Source of the DNA: Lepidodermella squamata
Taxonomy: Eukaryota > Animalia > Gastrotricha
Reading direction: 5' to 3'
DNA: 64,000 bases
NCBI GenBank assembly: GCA_047495785.1
Contig: JBLDXI010000009.1
Location: forward strand, 2,914,001-2,978,000
The position numbers were made by a program, and so were the translations under genes. The notes beneath the pieces were generated by a model. It saw only the letters and a program-made list of their open reading frames with translations. It was not told where the DNA came from and did not search any database. How positions within the stretch are numbered: the stretch's first letter is position 1; each line of letters opens with the position of its first letter. Shown here piece after piece: positions 45,725-59,087 of this stretch.

Positions 45725-47545
45725 ATGCTCTTTCCCCCACTATCTAGTGGCTGATGGCTTTTTACGTTCTAAGCTTGGCAATTTTGATCAGCAGCGCAAC
45801 GCTATGTAACGGGCAATCTAAGTTAAGCGAAAGACCAAGAGCCTGTTCCGCAGTCCCGGGTAAGTTAAAACAAACGTTTGATACAAACTGAAAATAGCTT
45901 CGCGTATGTATTGTGCATTCAGTCAGCGAGCAAAACATATCGCTTTCATTCTTCAATGGAGTCGAAACATGGCAGCGGCCTGTTCGAAACGCCAGCAAAC
46001 CTATCGTCATCAACGTCACACTGTCTCTATCATCTATAAACGAACTTGTTTGCGGGATAAAAAATTTATTCCTATGTTTTATCGTTTTCTTATAATAAGG
46101 TTGAGAAAGATAGAGCCTTGCGAATATCAGGCTACCTTAACATGCGATGGTTTGATGAGCTTCGCGTTTGGAATGCAACCTTCCCGTACAACTGCATACC
46201 CTATATCAGTTTGTCATAAAATTTCAACATTTTGATTTTGTTTCTATTGTTTTCGATGTTATAGTCCTTCCGAAGGATGAAGTTTGGATTCCTCATCTCG
46301 CTGTGATCAATGCTGTCGACTACTACGCTCTAACTCTCAACACAGCAGAGAAGATCAGACTTCACAGCGACGGCTTTATTTCGTACAGCCCTGGTACTTT
46401 GGTACGGAACCGAAATAAAAATGAAGGAATTAATTTATAGGAGGCACATTCACTGTATTTTGCGAGTTCAAATTACGCCTGTAAGTTTCAGAGTTCACTA
46501 TCGCTATATTTTACTCATATTTTACTTGTTATCAGATTCCCATTCGACGATCAGACCTGCGAAGTCATTTTGGAATCTTGGCGCTACACTTCGATTTTTC
46601 TAAAATTCCGATTCGGAAAGCCTAATGTGTTTATATATCAATGGCAGGAGAATCAACAATGGGAGTTACTTGATACCTCACAACGCATGATTGATATTCC
46701 CTACTTCGAAGCAGAAAACAGCTTTGACAGAGTATGAGTTTATTCTATTCGACGACTTATAATTCGTTATTCAATTTTCACAGGCTATATTCACCATTCG
46801 ATTAAGGAGGAAGTCGTTTTACTACCTATTTGCGATTGTTTGTCCCGGTTTGATAATTTCACTCACGCAGATATCAGTCTTTGTTCTGCCGGTATGTTCA
46901 ATCAAAGATGTATTCCATCCATGGTTAAGCAATTTACTTTGCACAGCTGCAAGAGGTCAACAAAATCTACATCTTGTTCACGTGCTTACTCGCTTACTTG
47001 GTGTTTGAGTTGATGATTTTCGGTGACTTGCCAAGGTTTGTATTCTATATTCCCACGAAGGCAACCATAAATTTTCGCTTTTTAGGTCAAGTGAGCAGAC
47101 GCCGTTACTGTCGATCTACATCAATGCCAGTATGTTTTTCATCACACTATCGATCTTGGGCGAGAGCGTTTGTTTTGCCTTACTGCGTATGGCGAACTCG
47201 ACCAACCTGGATGGCCCAGTCGAGATATCTCCAAGTTGCCTAAATTTCGCTGTCGCTCTTGCTAAAATGATGTGCATTCGCATTGACTACAAGCAACTTG
47301 GACTACTGCGAGCTGAAATGACAAATGGCGATGTAATGAAAGAAAAGGTATCAGTCATTAGCCTGGCTGATGCTTCCGCCGGCCAGCGAACTTGGAAGAT
47401 GATGAAGAAGCGAAAGGTGGAGACATGCCGCGCCAAATGGCGATTCCTCGCATTTCTAGCGGATAGACTTACTCTATATATTTACGCATTTTGCGTCATT
47501 TTAGCGCCCATTGTTCTGTTTGCTATTGTACCGCATTTTTGCTAA
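45725..47545 (+). CDS. Divergent nAChR-like subunit 6
   Basis: Close paralog of subunit 5; TATAAA about 35 nt upstream of the ATG. Confidence 0.87.
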
Positions 47546-47872
47546 TTTTCATCAACAAAAAGGTACACTATACCGGCCAAAAATGCAGTAAATAATTCGA
47601 TTTTCGTTAATCAATTCTCTCTTCCGAATGGGCGTGGCTTACCAGGCAGCTGAGTACTGCCCAGCATCCCGTGCATTCACAGGTAGTCATATATTGACCG
47701 GATTCCAGCCGATTACGCGCTATTGAGGCAGCCACGCTGCAAATTGGGTCGCCTGGCAACGCGCATGTGAATACAATACAGCTTAGTTTCATGTTTTTCA
47801 CCCACTGCGCGAGGCTTATACTGGCGGCTTTATTAGCGCATCGAACTTCGAATATTATTCGAAAATCAGAAC

Positions 47873-49720
47873 ATGTCTGCTTACCGGCAGCGATCTTCGA
47901 AAAGTAACGTTCTTCTTATCATTCTTTGCAGCTCATTATATCGAATTTTCCTTTCAGATGTGTCTTTCGATCCCTACTTAACATCCCATAAGGAGGATTA
48001 TTACAATAAACAATCGAATATTAATTGTGATCCTTACTTCAAGAAGTAAGGCTCCTGGTTGATTTAAATTCCATTTTCATTTTCGTATTTTCAGCCAAGA
48101 ACGAGGTCTTGATCGGCTATGGGCCTATACTAGCGCCACGTCAGGCCCTGATAAGAAGGCCACCTCATCTTACACTTACGAATTCGGAAGCAATACCAGA
48201 AGTCGCGACTACTCGAAAAGTCATGGACCCAGGCCGCAGGTTAGACCGTCAACGACGTTCCACGAGACCGAGCGCCAATTAGATCAGGCCGTACAAAAGG
48301 TATTCAGGCCGACTAGTGAGTATAGAGATCAGTACCTCGGGACAAGACAAGCAGTGCAGCCAGCCCATAGCTACGGCGTACAATTTAGCGACAAATTCGA
48401 TGTTAACAATGTACCGAGAGATGCTCGTTCGAGTCAGCATAGAGTACACGATTTGCAGCCTCATGCGAAGAATCCTTATCTAAGCAATCCTGAAGGTACT
48501 CGATTTGAGAATGCTAAAAATGATGCACTGAAAACCGGCATTGGTAATACTTTCATTCACACATGTTTCATTTCCACTACTTTCGCACTAATCACTTATT
48601 AGTTCCTACAACACTGCCGAAATCGGCGTCTTCTTCGAATATTGCCTCTCGCATCACTCGCGAGGAGAGCACAACGTACGGTGCCACACACTGTCGTCCA
48701 CACACGGGAGTTTGCGTTCATGCGAGGCCCCAGAATTTCTCGCAACCAGCATACGCTGCTCCGTTTGATCCTAAATCAATTCCGCCGCCTGCATATGGTA
48801 TATACTACGACCTGTTATAGCTTTCCCTCTCACCTTGCGCCTGTTTTTACCTAATGCTTTCGCTTTGCTTGACAGAATGACATCTTGTGTTGGTTTAACA
48901 CCCCTTAATTTTTGCGCTTTCATCAGACCGGCCTCCTAGTTCGCAATATCGACCTGTGGGTGATCAGCGCCCGGGCTCGACGCTTGGTAGGCCATCATCT
49001 AATTACGGGCTACGCTCAGCATTGCGCACTAACCGCCCCGCTTCGTCGCTGTCTACCACCCGATCACCCACACCTAATAATGCACAAGAAGTCGTCGTAA
49101 CAGACGAACCTAATAATGATGAATTTCGTGTTGAATCCGCTACAGTTCCCCACTACTACAATGACCCAGAGTATGACCGCAACAATTTGATCCAGAATCA
49201 GTACTACGAGCCTTCACCGAGGTTTTCTCAATCTTTTGCTGATGGAGCAAGGCCGAGCTCGCCGCCGCCAATGCCATCCCCACCGAAAACAAGTCAAGGT
49301 TTTAGGCCAAGGCCTCCATCACCCCCCAGCGCGAGAAGAGCCCCGTCACCTCCTCCACAGAGGCGCGTACCTTCTCCACCACCCCAGAGGCGATCATCAA
49401 CTCCTCCGCCAGAGCGGTCGAGAGGCCGGCCGGAAAATCCCTACGGAGCGATCCCTCACGTTCCTATGAAACACATGCCTGATCCGGACCCGAATGATCC
49501 TCGATTCGATATGGGCGACCAACCCGCACCGACCGCATCTTACTACAACAACCGTCTCGCCTACGAAGCTCCAACTACAACAGGCGTCCCGAACAAGCGA
49601 CCTGGCAAAAATGGTGGCGGGGGTGGGAGTGATAAGCTGGACATGGCAGGCATCGAAGCCATGCTCCGAGAAGCAGAGTCTCTTACGCAAAATATTCGAT
49701 ATGATGTTTCGAAATACTAA
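47873..49720 (+). CDS. Uncharacterised spliced low-complexity, Pro-rich protein
   Basis: Five exons with phase-compatible GT-AG introns; RxPSPPP repeats in the last exon. Confidence 0.65.
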
Positions 49721-50896
49721 AAAAATCTCTTTTACGTTGTGTTGCCACAGTTGCTTCAGAGTTCGCTGTGTATTTATATTTTAGTTGATGTTTCAGAAGA
49801 GCTATTTCATGGCCCTTGAACTTTGATAAATATTTCCTGACAATTTGCCTTGTCACGTAGAGTGAGAAACCAGAATAAATGTGATATTTCAAACTCGAGT
49901 GCATTTGACTGTTAACAAATGAAAAGTGGGGTTTGGCGTATTTTCTGTGATCTCCAGCAAATGGCAAAAAGTGTGTTCAATTGAAGAGGGACGAATCGAA
50001 ATGAGTCGAACGAATTGAAATCCCAAATGTTCTTACTCGGTTTTTCTTGAGGGCTTTGAATTTTCAAAATGCAGTCCTCTCATCCACTTCGAAAGACGGG
50101 AAATTGATCAATTCAGCTAATAAACAGACTGGGGTGGTTCATCTTTATTTTTCCATCTTATAATGAGCTTTCAAAATTGATAAAGTATTAATTGCGAGCC
50201 TGTTGTAGAAAAGCCTTGGTCGCCCTTGGAAACCTGTTCGTACGTCAAAGAAACCGAAATTTCTGGCAATAAAAACAATCAATCGAAACAACATACGAGT
50301 TATAGCGGCAAAACCGGAAAATTTTTTATATTTCTTCGTCAAAAAATTCTAAAAACGAACGATAAAAAAAAATATTTAAATATCAATAATGTGATGATCA
50401 ATAATGTAACTTGTAACTCTGACTCATGGACCGAGAGCACCTTCGGGTGGAAGGTCGATAAACAATAAATCTAAAATTTTGCCAATGAATGCCAATATAT
50501 TTTAGCTGTGTGTTCTGACTTTCTTACGGTAATGCTTTGGCAGTTAATCATCATATCAGCATGCATTCTAGTGACTTGTCGATATGCTTAAACAATGAAG
50601 TTGTTGGTACTTAAGAGCGGAGTTCTCACGCATTAACGGGGTATAATGCGTACAACCTGCAGATCTAAAACTTCAGAGCGCTGCTGGTCAAGAGTCGTCG
50701 GTTATTAACACGCATTAACAGCTCAACATCTCTGCAGCACGCGTCGGTGGAACAACAACACAATGTCTACGCGCCTCGCCCCCTAACAATAGTAGTGAGT
50801 GCGGGGGTTTTACACCAGTGTAAGCGAGTGAACCAAGTCGGGTTCTCGTGTTTTCAAAATCGGTGCAATATCGCCACTAGATACAATCACTATAAT

Positions 50897-52241
50897 ATGC
50901 CCACTTACTTCGCAGTCGCCCTGTTTGGGCTAACCATTGTCCATTTTTCCGTGGCCGCCTCTCTGTTTGACGGATGCATCTCAAGCAAAGATTGCCCAGT
51001 CAACGCAGAGTGTCGCATCCTGTCTCCGAGTTGCAGCAAAGGAACTTGCGTTTGCATCCCCGGTTTCGTTGAACAGCTCAATAGCGCTACCAATACCTAC
51101 ACATGCAAACGAAGTAATATCCCTTGAGGCATTTCAACATTCATTTTTAATCAAATTTTTAGGCGTAATGTATGGCGGAAGTTGTAAATCCAGTTCTGAC
51201 GTTTGCGTCACAGCAAACTCAGACTGCATCGGCGGCACTTGTAAATGCCTTGATGCTTACAAAATCGGGCCAGGCGACAATAAGTACACATGCACAATTG
51301 GCACCCAGCCTATCGGTGGATCTTGCAAAACTGCTCAAGAATGCTACGATTTTGGCAATATGCAATGCAAAAAAGGCACCTGCGATTGCGCGGATGGTTA
51401 CACTGCCTATGACAAATATCGATGCGCGAGAAGTAGGACATTCACATATTGAACCATCCACTCTTTTATTCCACTTACCCTCGTAGGAAATGTTGGTGAT
51501 AAATGTGGTAATGATCGCGATTGCTGGGCTATGCCTAATACCTGGTGCAATAATGGTGTTTGTGACTGTAAACCTGGATCGCAGAAGAAGAAGGTCACTC
51601 TGCCCCAGCCGGTGGTTTACTTCAACCCGGCGTATGACAACGTTGCCACGGGTTACGCCTGTTTCGCGGGTACTAACCCTGGTGGGGAGGGCGATACATG
51701 CTTTTCGGGAGATGACTATCTAGTCGTTTCTGACCTGTTCCCTGCAACAACCCCGGCTCCCACTACTACTACTATTAAGACCACCACCACGACAACAACT
51801 ACTACTACCACTACTCCACCACCGGACGTACCCGTGGCGGATTCTCCGTCCGCAGGAGACGCTCCTGCAGCTGCTCCGGAAGTTTTCATGGAGGAAGGTG
51901 AGCCCACTGCGGAGCCGGCACCGGCCCCAGCTGAAGAAACTACAACGACGACGACAACAACCACGACAAAACCGACTACTACAACCACCACTCTGCCCCC
52001 AGTTACTACCCTGGCGCCTCTTAAGGTGCAGCCAATCACCCTTTGCGCGGCACCCTTCCAGTGTACCTATTGCACGGTGGATAAACCAATCTGTGCCCGT
52101 AAGTTGGGTTGAATTAATGTCTTTTATAGATCTGGTATCCTGTTTTTTCTAGGTATGAACCCAGTTTACGTGCAGGGCGCGAGCAGTTTAGGATTCAACA
52201 TCTTCGCTATCGTTGTTTCGTCAATTTTTGTTATGCTTTAA
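50897..52241 (+). CDS. Cys-rich EB-module repeat protein 1 with Thr/Pro mucin insert, GPI-like C-terminus
   Basis: Signal peptide, repeated GxxCxxxxxC...CxxGxCxC modules, poly-Thr tracts, hydrophobic tail. Confidence 0.75.
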
Positions 52242-52608
52242 ATTTTATATTATATTACACTGCTGACGGTTTCCAATTCTGTAACTTATGGTCCTAATTG
52301 ATGTGTCAAGTTTTTAATTAATAATTTTTATCATGATTTAATGCGAGATGAAAATAAAAAACCTACTCGTTTGCCATTCATGGGATTTATGATAAAACAA
52401 TACAAACGTGTGAACGTTAGACCCTTCTGCTTTTCGCGCACGACCTACGCGCTAGCTTTGTTTGGCGCTTACACTCAAGAAAAGCCATCGTCACGCACTT
52501 TCCCATCACAATTGCTACATATTGTATCCTGCCGCTGCTACAACTCACGCCTCTTTTTACTATATACTGGGTATATACTACGGCAGGGTATAATTATATC
52601 GTAAAATT

Positions 52609-53820
52609 ATGAAAATTTTCCTTCTTTTATTCACCATTGCTGTTTATGAATTCGGTACGACAAACCAACAACAGACCAGGGCGTCTGGTGGTCGTAAAGT
52701 TCTTGTGTATGACCGATGCACTTCGAACAGCCAGTGTACAGCTCCTAATTCATACTGTCAAATCATCTCGCCAACATGCGGCGCTGGAACCTGTATGTGT
52801 ATCGAGTCTTTCGAAACCGATGACTACCGCATCTGGTGCAAACGCTCTGTTTACAACGACCAGTATTGCCGCGAACGTTACGATAACTGCAACGATCCTA
52901 ATGCTGAATGTGTGAATGCAAAGTGCGTGTGCAAAGACGGCTTTAAATACGCCGCTTATGGGAAAGAATGTGTTCCAACTTTTAAGGTGAACATTTTTGC
53001 GCATCTTTCGTTTCTTTCACTTTTTATAATATAGACTAAAGGCAATAATGAAAAGTGTACATCCGCCACTGATTGCTACAACGAACTGGTTTGCAACAAT
53101 GGAACTTGTTTGTGCCCAACTGGGACCAGAGTTCGGAAGAACAATAACTACTTCTGTGATCCAAGTAAGGATTGAAACCGTGTTGCTAAACGTAAATCAA
53201 ACATGAAACGTTCAGTTAAGTATGGCGACGCGTGTGTGAACAATGCTGATTGCTCCTATTACTCGAACATGATTTGCAGTAAGAGCAAATGCATTTGCCG
53301 AACCGGTTCTGGCCCCCTGGATGTTAGCATCTTAACTTCATCGGTTTACGCGAACACCCCGACTTTCGGCCAGGCTACTTTGTGCTATAAAGGAGGAGGT
53401 AAAACCTTAATATTCAACTTTTGAGTTATTATGTCTACTTCATCATAGAAACTCCAAGTGCAGAGGCAAAACCTTGCAATATTTACAAGGAATTGGGGAA
53501 CATCACGTAACAAATCATAATTCCTAATATGTTGCATTTTTCAATGATGAATTTAACCCTAGGTACTGCCAATATCCCTTACATTGCAGATTTTGCAGTT
53601 ATCGCTTCCTTTGCGTCCGTAAGTGGGCAAACATTTTTTTCTACCATTCAAATTTGATTATCACTTCACAGGGCCCGTTCTAGCATTCAAGTCAAGCCAG
53701 GCAGTACACAATTCAAGCTTGTCTCCCGTTTTGTTAACATTAATAGTTACTTACGTCCTATGCTCATTTTTCATGTCTACTTACGAAAAGGTTTTGAAAG
53801 TTCGGAAGTTTCAAACTTAA
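52609..53820 (+). CDS. Cys-rich EB-module repeat protein 2
   Basis: Signal peptide, same module (ISPTC..GTC.C), hydrophobic C-terminal segment. Confidence 0.75.
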
Positions 53821-53882
53821 CAGAATTAAATTCTTATAGATTTGCGTAAATATTTCACTTTTTTATTTTAGATTTTTATTAA

Positions 53883-54928
53883 ATGCGATTGGATGGCAAA
53901 TTTGTTGGCCCACTCTCTGTGATATTTATTATTATTCCTCTAGTCATCGAATCAGCTTTCATCTACGAGCAATGTCGGAAGCAGAAAGACTGTGAACTCA
54001 AAAATAGTCAAGTATTTTTCTTGGAATTACCCAAATTCATGATCAGGAAATTTTTTCAGTGTTCAATTCTATCCCCGACCTGTTCAGTCGGTAGTTGTGT
54101 TTGTACGCCGGGTTTCGGACCTGACGTCAATTTCACGACTTGTAAACGCATTGTTCGAGGTCTAGGCTCGTCCTGCTATCCAAACGACGATGTTTGCGTA
54201 GTCGAAGACTCTTACTGCTCAGAAGAATCTGGATACCTTTGCTCCTGTAAGCCTGGGTTCAAACAGCATCCTACTCATCAAAAATGTGTCCCGCAAAGGA
54301 TGTCGTCTGGTCTTGGAAGGTCTTGCACAAACTCAAACGAATGCTTCACCGGAATGGAATGTGACCGCTCAACTCGAACTTGCAACTGCAAAATCGGCTT
54401 TGCAGTAGTCGATGATTACGAATGCGCCCCAAGTAAGCTCCTATTTAGTACCAAATTCCTAAATCCTTATAGGGTGTAACTCCAGGGTTGTACGGAGGGG
54501 TGTGTTCAAGGAATGAAGACTGTACTCAAACTGCAAATGGAGCTTGTGTAAATGAGTCCTGTAAATGTGCCCTTGCAGCCACCGCCCGTCTCACAAATTT
54601 CGAGATCTCACCTCATGTTTATGAAACTAGAATAATATGCTTCGCATGGGCTGTTACTCCGCGATCGGAAGGAGAGGAATGCAACCTTGACCCAGATGAT
54701 GGCCCTCTCGTCTATTGCAAAAACCCTTTTGTCTGCTTGTTCTGCAACTCAAAGTCAATATGTGCTCGTAAGGAGTGATTGTTTTATTTCGCAAGTCATA
54801 GACTAATCTCAAACTTAATAGGGCCGGTGCCTCCTTTTGGGAGGCCCAGAAATAGCAGCTGGACAATCGGCAATCAATATAGGCTGGCTTTTGTAATTTT
54901 TACACTAGTTTGCACTAGTAGCGTTTGA
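53883..54928 (+). CDS. Cys-rich EB-module repeat protein 3
   Basis: Same modules (ILSPTCSVGSCVC); the last exon ends AFVIFTLVCTSSV-TGA. Confidence 0.72.
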
Positions 54929-54947
54929 ATAAAAAATTTGCGATGGA

Positions 54948-56365
54948 TCATTCTTCCGTGACCGGCATTCTGTTGAGCTTGATTGAAGGTTTCTCGCCTT
55001 TACGTCCTGGCACTAACGCCGCTGAATTCTTGGAGACTTGTTGACGGCCGATGATGTCCTCAGGCTTGTGGCAATAGACTGAGTCTCGGATGAAAGGCAC
55101 TTCGTCCAAAGTTCGGCCGCGCAGTTCGAACGGATCGTAGCATCTTATGAAGAGGTAGCCAGTGTCAGGGAAAGAACAGCCAATCCACCGTAAAACGAAG
55201 CTAGCCGGCGTGCAGTCCCATTTGTTAGGCGAGATCCTAATGCGATCCCAATACGATTTCGGGAAAGCTTGGACAAAATGTTGGAAAATGTTTAGCCATG
55301 CGAACCTGACATCGGAGAGTTCATTCAAAGGAACTGAAAGTGGCTCAAAAGATGACAGATTGTTGTACTCGAGGTGAAGAGCTTTCAGCTGGGGCAAAAT
55401 GTTGGAGAAAAGCCTCGGGTCAATCTCTTTCAGGCCATTGTCGTTGAGGTACAAATTGTCAATCACGGCTCCGTCGAATGCTTTTCTATCGAAGGTGATG
55501 TAGTCGTTGCGAACGAGACGTAGAGTACCGATGTGAAGGCCGTTGAAAGCATGGCGGTCGATAGCCAGTTCTGGCGAGCCACTTATTTCGAATTCGTCGA
55601 TGCTGAGCGGGTCGAGGGTGGCTGGTACAAAGTTCAGCCGCATTGAGCAATCATTCCTATCGAAAGCATGACCAGCAATTCGAGCAATGTTAGTCGATCG
55701 GAAAAGCAATTTGAGCTGTAAAATATATAGGAAAATCCACCTTAATAACTTAAAACAATGTCTACCTTGGTTTTTCTGAGTGAATACAGGAATTTGCATA
55801 GCATTTTATCATCCAACGTGTCCACCTTGAAGGTTGACTTGTAGAAAGACACAATCATCACCCGTCTATTGCCCTCTGGGCCATGGTAGAACGGCTGACG
55901 TGTTTCAATCACCCAATTTCCGAGTTGCTCGAACATGTAGCCAGTTGGGACTTCGTTATTAAAATTAGCCGGCCCATTGCCCTGGCAATGAACTATATCA
56001 GCAGCATCATTTTCGTCGAAATACCTGTCCTGAGGTTTCCGAAGCAGCCAAGGTGGAAAGGCGTGGATACTGTCGAGAAGGGGAATAGGGGCATTTGTCG
56101 ATGAAACTTCGTGCTCGAAACCGAAGTTTTCGATCTCTGGATGGCTGCTATGGCGGCATCGAATTGAAGTCGAATTGCCGAGTAGGTCGCTTACAACGCG
56201 ACACGGCGGTTCGGTGGAGCAATTGCCAAGGCGCCTCAGGCTGATAGTTAACGCATCAATAACAGGCTGTTGTAAATGCTGGCCTGGGTAGTGGCGAAAC
56301 GCGTCGTTGAAAATGAAGCAAAAATGTGAGATGAATAAAGCTGAAAAAATTCGGCGCAATTTCAT
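54948..56365 (-). CDS. Secreted leucine-rich-repeat protein (one intron, about 55718-55767)
   Basis: Signal peptide, LRRs (LYLNDNGLKEID, LHLEYNNL), LRRCT-like NKWDC...C..P.ELRG; no TM seen. Confidence 0.75.
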
Positions 56366-57183
56366 TGTGTTGAAAAATTATTGTGAAAATATCGCGCTTT
56401 GTTGATGGCTGTTGATGCTGGTGGGAGAAAATCGGCCGGAAATTGTACCTGTTATCGGTGAATGGCAAACAAAAACACGCCCTAGCGCCGACTTCCCTCA
56501 TCGTATATAGCGCATTATTTTATTTACTCGCGAGCTTTTAAGGTGGTTTATAATGTGAATAAAATAATAACACCGGGCTGCAATGCGTTTTATTTACGAA
56601 CATCAAATCATGTCTTTCTGAGAGCAAAAATCGGCGGCTCCTCGGCAGCATCGGCAGCAGCAAAAAAACAAATCAAGAATTAATACTGAGTCGGGCGTAA
56701 CCCCGCACCGATCGCTTTTATCACACGATGAATAGCAGTAGAAAAAATAATCATATAATATACATAAATAACATGAATATAACAAGATAGATGTATGTAA
56801 AAGCTAGGAAAGATTTGTTATGCTATGGTGCGTGGATCGCTCAGTTTTCCTTTCAGCACTCGATTATGAGCCGACCTTGGCGCGAATCTCGTCACTCAAT
56901 GATTACAAATTCGAATTTGGGCGGCGGGCACTTAGTCTAGGAAATAAATATCTGTTTAAAATAATTTTTATAGTCATTTTCAATAATTTTGCCGATAACG
57001 GATGGGGATTATATGGGACGCGCATTGGTTGCGCAAAAAGTTTCGATTAATTTTTTGATTAAGGAATATTCGCTTCCAACTAAAAAGGTGTCCATAACAT
57101 CAAATATCATGCTGGTAACTATGGGATCATGCAAATAAACATATAAACCTCACAATTAAAAGTATAAGGTGCATGCATTACTA

Positions 57184-57441
57184 CAGCGTGTAGCAAAATA
57201 AGTTGCACAACTATTTTTTCATTCTTCAACTTATTGTAATAAAATCAACTAATTATGCTAGACCTAACGAGGGAATATTTCATCTTCCATGAATGAATAA
57301 ATTAAAAATTCATCGGAGAAAACCCGGAAAACTGGTTCGGTAATTTTTGGTATTTTACCCGGTTGGACCACATTTCTGCGGACTTTTTCTGTACCCTTTT
57401 CCGTGTATTTTCTGTACTTGCGTTACTTATGGGACACGCTG
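57184..57441. mobile_element. Tc1/mariner-like MITE
   Basis: TA-CAGCGTGT...ACACGCTG-TA termini; internal similarity to 23369-23860. Confidence 0.6.
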
Positions 57442-57694
57442 TATTAGATGCTTCCTCAATAAATTCAAGTTCCATCGTAAATTTAAAAAAATATAAAAGT
57501 ACAAAAACCAAAAAATTAATTAGTTTTATTATAAAATTTCCTAAATAATAAAAAATAATTTAAAATAATACTTTAGATACCTATATCGAGCCCCTTGTCC
57601 CAAAAAAATGTGAGCGGTCAAATCGAATGTTTGTGAAAGGAAACCGTGCGATTAGCGCAATATTATCACCGACACAACAAAACAAACAAAGAAA

Positions 57695-59087
57695 TTAGAA
57701 CAAATCAGCACAATACGCATCTCCGATGCGCTTCGCATACCTCGCGAGTAGGTTATTGGCCGCCCGCCGCACGTTGGGCCGCGCTTGAGGCGGAGGCGGC
57801 GCCGCTTTATGAACCGGCGTTGTCACCTTGGTAACCGAGGTCGATGCAATAGACACAGTATCGGCCGAGCTTTCCTTCCTTGTCATGACTGGCAACGGCA
57901 TGGCGATGAGGTTGGGAGACGGCGGTGGGGCGGTTGGCTCTGGCTTGCTCTCTAACGCCGTGAAGTAGTCGTCTAAATCATCGTCGAGGGAACTGAACTG
58001 GAAAACCGAGTCAGAGCGAGACGTTCGATTTGAGGCGCCGAGATGGCCCAGTTTCGCCCGGGCGGTTAAACCAAGAGAGCGTGACGACGCACTCGGCGAG
58101 CCTCTGGGCGGCATTTCGTATATGGGTTTCAGATCCTCATCGACTACAACCAACGCGTCCTGCTCACACGAGTCGTAAATCGACGGCTCTTCCTCGCCAG
58201 GCTCCGCCTCGTCATCGCCATCCATTTCATCGTCGTAGGCACCCTCACTCGCGAGTCGCTGGTGGAGCTCAATCAAATCCATCTGCAGTGATTTTCGCAG
58301 CATATCTGGGTCGTAACTCATCGGCGTGCTGACTGAGGAGAAACTCGCGCCTGGGTTTGAGTCGAAACGAGGCATTTTCAGGTCGAAATTGAACACGTCG
58401 TGTTCCTCCGCAATTGATGTCAACATTAAGGTGGGACTCACAGCGCCGATCATCATCCCACTGATCGCGCTCATAGTCGGGCCGAGGACTGCTGGCCGCG
58501 TCGGTGGGATTTGTGGGTCAAGTGAAAATTCGGGTAGCTCGAGCTGAGGCGCATCGACATCGGTGTCCGGCCGTGGGCGCCAGGTGCTAGGACTCATCGG
58601 GGACGAATGGCGGCGCAAACTCGAACTCTCGATATCTGACGTGTCCGAATAATTTGAATTGGCCTCGCGTGCTATGGCTATGCTCTGCCGCCGTTCCATT
58701 CGATGGAGTTCATCCCGCTTTGACACCATAATGCTCACTATTACATAAATTAGGCTGAAATTAAGCTGGATGTTAATACTTACATCTATGGATTGCGGAA
58801 CGTTTCCAATGTTTATCAGGCTGGTAGCCGGATCTTTCCAGATCTTTCAATAGGTTAATATGAACCCGGACGTGGTGGTAAATTAGCGAAATCATCAATA
58901 GGGTGAGTACACCGAAGAACCCAGATAGTGCGACAATTATAGCAGGCGGTGGCATATCGTTTTCTTCCTCGCTATTCGGCAACTCCTCGGCGGTGACGGC
59001 CAAAACCATGGTCCCATTAATCGGGCCATCGCCTGATGTCGTGCACGTGCCATCTGAGCAGTCGACTCTAAGAAATCCCTCATCCAT
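57695..59087 (-). CDS. Single-pass membrane protein with long disordered acidic/Ser-Pro cytoplasmic tail
   Basis: Two exons joined by a short GTAAGT...TAG intron (about 58740-58783); TM IIVALSGFFGVLTLLMISLIY; start codon uncertain. Confidence 0.65.

Noticed and set aside
32703-47545. Assigning nAChR alpha/beta or 5-HT3 gene symbols
   Set aside because: Too divergent; loop C and filter motifs fit neither, so orthology needs a phylogeny.
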